From assembly GCF_009914755.1 (NCBI RefSeq), contig NC_060947.1: a DNA stretch of 64,000 bases; one strand, given 5' to 3'. Positions 61,463-64,000 of the stretch are shown in pieces; within the stretch, counting starts at the first letter, position 1; the number at the start of each line of letters is the position of its first letter. The DNA comes from the human T2T-CHM13v2.0 reference genome, Homo sapiens. The notes under the pieces are model-generated. The model did not search any database and was not told where the DNA came from. It saw only the letters and a list, made by a program, of their open reading frames with translations. Position numbers and translations under genes: made by a program.

Positions 61463-64000
61463 GGATCCCACAGAAAGAGTGTTTCGAAACTGCTGTTTCA
61501 AAAGGAATCTTCAACTCTGTGAGTTGAATGCAATCATCACAAAGAAGTTTCTGACAATGCTTCTCTCTCGTCTTCCTGTGAAGATAAAGGAAAAGGCTTT
61601 CAGGCCTTTTCCACCACAGGCCTGAAAGCGCTCCAAATGTCCACTTGCAGATTCTGCCAAAAGAATATTTCAAAACTGCTCTATGAAAAGCAATGTTAAA
61701 CTCTGTGGCTCGAACACAAACATCACAAAGCAGTTTCTGAGAATGCTTCAGTTTAGTTTTTCTGTGGAAATATTCCCGTTTCGAAAGAAATCTTCAAAGA
61801 GGTCCACGTATCCACTTACAGATTCTACAAAAAGACAGTTTCAAAACTGCTCCATCAAAAGGAGGGTTCAACTGTGTGACTTGAATGCAATCATCACTCA
61901 GAAGTTTCTGAGAATGCTTCTCTTTAGTTTTTACGTGAACATATACCCGTTTCGAACGAAGGCCACCCAGTGGTCCAAATATCCACTTGCAGATTCTACA
62001 GAAAGAGTGTTTCGAACCTGAACTCTCAAAGGCAGGTTCATCTCTGCGAGTTAAATGCATTCATCATGAAGAACTTTCTCAGAGTGTTTGTGTTTAGTTA
62101 TGGGAAATTATTCCCGTTTCCAACGAAATCCTCAGGGAGCTCCAAATATCCACCTGCAGATTCTACCAAAAGTGTATTTGGAAACTGCTCCATCAAAAGG
62201 CATGTTCAGCTCTGTGAGTGAAACTCCATCATCACAAAGAATATTCTGAGAATGCTTCCGTTTGCCTTTTATATGAACTTCCTTCCTGTACTACCGTAGG
62301 CCTCAAAGCAGTCCAAATCTCCATTTGCAGATTCTACAAAAAGAGTGATTCCAATCTGCTCTATCAATAGGATTGTTCAACTCCATGAGTTGAATGCCAT
62401 CCTCACAAAGTAGTTTCTGAGAATGCTTCTATCTGGTTTTTGTGTGAAGATATTTCCTTTTCCACCACAGGCCTCAAAGCCCTCCAAACGTCCACTTGCA
62501 GATTCTCGAAAAAGAGTGTTTCATAGCTGCTCTTTCAAAAGGAAAGTTCAACTCTGGGAGTTGAATACAAACATCACAAAATAGTTTCCGAGAATGCTTC
62601 TGTTTAGTTTTTATGTGAAGATGATCCCGTTTCCAGTGAAATCTTCAAAGAGGTCCACATATCCCCTTGCAGATTCCAAAGAAAGAGGGTTTCAAAACTG
62701 CTCCATCAAAAGGATTGTTCAACTCTGTGAGTTGAATGCAGTCATCGCAGAAAACTTTCTGAGAATGCTTCTGTCTAGGTTTGATGTGAAGATATAGACG
62801 TTTCAAACGAAGGCTACAAAGTGGTCAAAATATACACTTGCAGATTCTACTACAAGGGTGTTGCAAACCTGAACTATCAAAGGAAGGTTCAACTCTGTGA
62901 GTTGAATACAAACATCACAAAGAATGTTCTGAGTTTGCTTCCGTTCAGTTATGGGAAGTTGATCCCGTTTCCAGCGAAATCCTCAGAGAGGTCCAAATAT
63001 CCCCTTGCAGATTCTACAAAACGTGTGTTTGGAAACTGCTCCATCATAACGAATGTTCAGCTCCCTGAGTTAAACTCCATCGTCACAAAGAATTTTCTGA
63101 GAGTGCTACCGTCTGGTTTTTATATGAAGTTCTTTCCTTTACTACCATAGGCCTCAAAGCGGTCCAAATCTCCACTTGCAGATTCTACAAAAAGAGTGTT
63201 TGCAAACTGCTCTATCAAAAGGAATGTTCAACCCTGGGAGTTGAATGCAATCATCACAGAGCAGTTTCTGAGAATGCTTCTATGTCGTTTTTAGGAGAAG
63301 ATATTTCCTTTTCCAACACAGTCCTCCACGCCCGCTAAATATCCACTTGCACATTGTAGAAAAAGTGTGTCAAAGCTGCGCTATCAAAGGGAAAGTTCAA
63401 CTCTGTGAGGTGAATGCAAACATCCCAAAGAAGTTTCTGAGAATGCTTCCGTTTAGCTTTTAGGTGAAGATTATCCCGTTTCCAACGAAACCTTCAAAGA
63501 GGTCCAAATATCCCCTTGCGGATCCCACAGAAAGAGTGTTTCGAAACTGCTGTTTCAAAAGGAATCTTCAACTCTGTGAGTTGAATGCAATCATCACAAA
63601 GAAGTTTCTGACAATGCTTCTCTCTCGTCTTTCTGTGAAGATAAAGGAAAAGGCTTTCAGGCCTTTTCCACCACAGGCCTGAAAGCGCTCCAAATGTCCA
63701 CTTGCAGATTCTGTGAAAAGAATATTGCAAAACTGCTCTATGAAAAGCAATGTTAAACTCTGTGGCTCGAACACAAACATCACAAAGCAGTTTCTGAGAA
63801 TGCTTCAGTTTAGTTTTTCTGTGGAAATATTCCCGTTTCCAAAGAAATCTTCAAAGAGGTCCACGTGTCCACTTACAGATTCTACAAAAAGACAGTTTCA
63901 AAACTGCTCCATCAAAAGGAGGGTTCAACTGTGTGACTTGAATGCAATCATCACTCAGAAGTTTCTGAGAATGCTTCTCTTTAGTTTTTACGTGAACATA

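Larger units (their letters stand above)
1..64000 (-). repeat. DXZ1: Centromeric alpha-satellite HOR array, 12-mer of 2057 bp (DXZ1-type, human chrX, SF3)
   Basis: Alphoid monomer motifs (ttgcagattctacaaaaagagtg, ttcaactctgtgagttgaatgc, tttctgagaatgcttc) recur every ~171 bp. Near-identical recurrence at 2057 bp (GGATCC at 453, 2510, 4567, 6624 ... 63520). The 2.0-kb BamHI 12-mer is the established DXZ1 unit. Strand is given by CENP-B box orientation. Confidence 0.96.

Noticed and set aside
36-63783. Roughly 200 short ORFs (60-176 aa) recurring each HOR
   Set aside because: They are translations of alphoid monomers (171 bp is a multiple of 3, so peptides repeat). They overlap in several frames, often start at GTG/TTG, open and close with random SNVs, and resemble no protein family.
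1-64000. CRISPR-like or prokaryotic repeat system
   Set aside because: There are no unique spacers or cas genes. The entire sequence is tandemly repeated satellite.
1-64000. LINE/Alu insertion or inversion within the array
   Set aside because: All 30 BamHI intervals are accounted for by whole monomers plus indels of 4 bp or less, and orientation is constant.

Overview
The whole 64-kb window is one uninterrupted, single-orientation array of primate alpha satellite. It consists of ~171-bp monomers in a 12-monomer, 2057-bp higher-order repeat (HOR) with one BamHI site per unit. This period, the pentamer-derived internal structure (suprachromosomal family 3) and the BamHI/PstI/SacI periodicity match the human X centromere array DXZ1. 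There are 31 BamHI sites (453 to 63520), defining 30 complete units: 27 12-mers (2053-2059 bp), two 17-mer variants (2908 bp) and one 10-mer variant (1716 bp). The canonical HOR has four intact CENP-B boxes (read on the minus strand). I saw no genes, transposon insertions, inversions or CRISPR arrays, and the listed ORFs are artefacts of the repeat. I cannot support a new gene system here. The points of interest are array-evolution signals: HOR structural variants with defined microhomology junctions, local and long-range haplotype duplications or mosaics, recurrent loss of one CENP-B box, and a fixed 15-bp insertion built from inverted copies of adjacent sequence that creates two alternative hairpins in every HOR. 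All comparisons were made by eye, not by alignment software.
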